The position numbers and the translations under genes were made by a program. This document shows, piece by piece, positions 63,834 through 64,000 of a stretch of 64,000 nucleotides of DNA. Source of the stretch: a virus. The DNA lies in the IMG/VR virus record IMGVR_UViG_3300009068_000023, one strand, 5' to 3'. The notes beneath the pieces were generated by a model that saw nothing but the letters and a program-made list of their open reading frames with translations, ran no database searches and was not told the DNA's origin. Position 1 is the first letter of the stretch, and every line of letters begins with the position of its first letter.

Positions 63834-64000
63834 TACTTGACTTAATTAGCCCTGATCATCCATTACTCAGAACAAAGTTAGAGAAATTTAACTTTAATAA
63901 CCCACCTATTAATCCTATAGAATTAGTCAACAATCTTATTGAGACTATGGTAAAGGAAAAGGGAATGGGGTTGTCTGCTAATCAGGTAGGTCTACCATAC
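63830..64000 (+). CDS. def: Peptide deformylase (3'-truncated by window)
   Basis: Not in the ORF track. Translates MILDLISPDHPLLRTK...LIETMVKEKGMGLSANQVGLPY, containing PDF motif 1 (GxGLxAxQ). Confidence 0.85.
   Translation, partial: MILDLISPDHPLLRTKLEKFNFNNPPINPIELVNNLIETMVKEKGMGLSANQVGLPY

Overview
This window is a ~64 kb segment of a large T4-like myovirus genome, AT-rich, with every credible gene on the + strand. It begins in the baseplate wedge genes (gp7 C-terminus, gp8, and a DUF4815/VrlC-like giant split over three ORFs). A ~31 kb accessory island follows (about 12.6-43.5 kb), holding fibre/adhesin-like proteins, Gly-X-Y collagen-like proteins and protein-modifying enzymes. After it come the conserved gp13-gp23 morphogenesis block and gp3-uvsY-uvsW-gp55-gp47-gp46, an FkbM methyltransferase and the start of a peptide deformylase. 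T4-type late promoters (TATAAATA) punctuate the structural region. The most striking element is a 654-aa enzyme (22806-24770). It appears to fuse a COLGALT-like GT25 domain, a PLOD/LH3-type glycosyltransferase domain and a lysyl-hydroxylase domain. It sits directly upstream of proline-poor collagens whose Y positions are dominated by Lys (Gly-Asp-Lys), which suggests a self-contained phage pathway for collagen Lys hydroxylation and glycosylation. Related signals are two 2OG-Fe(II) oxygenases beside a Gly-Asn-Pro-rich protein, a GT-methyltransferase fusion, a high density of N-X-S/T sequons in virion proteins, and three tandem 7-repeat propeller-like paralogs with variable loops. Two frameshifts (35925 region and gp14) may be sequence errors. 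All family assignments come from motif recognition by eye; no database searches were run.
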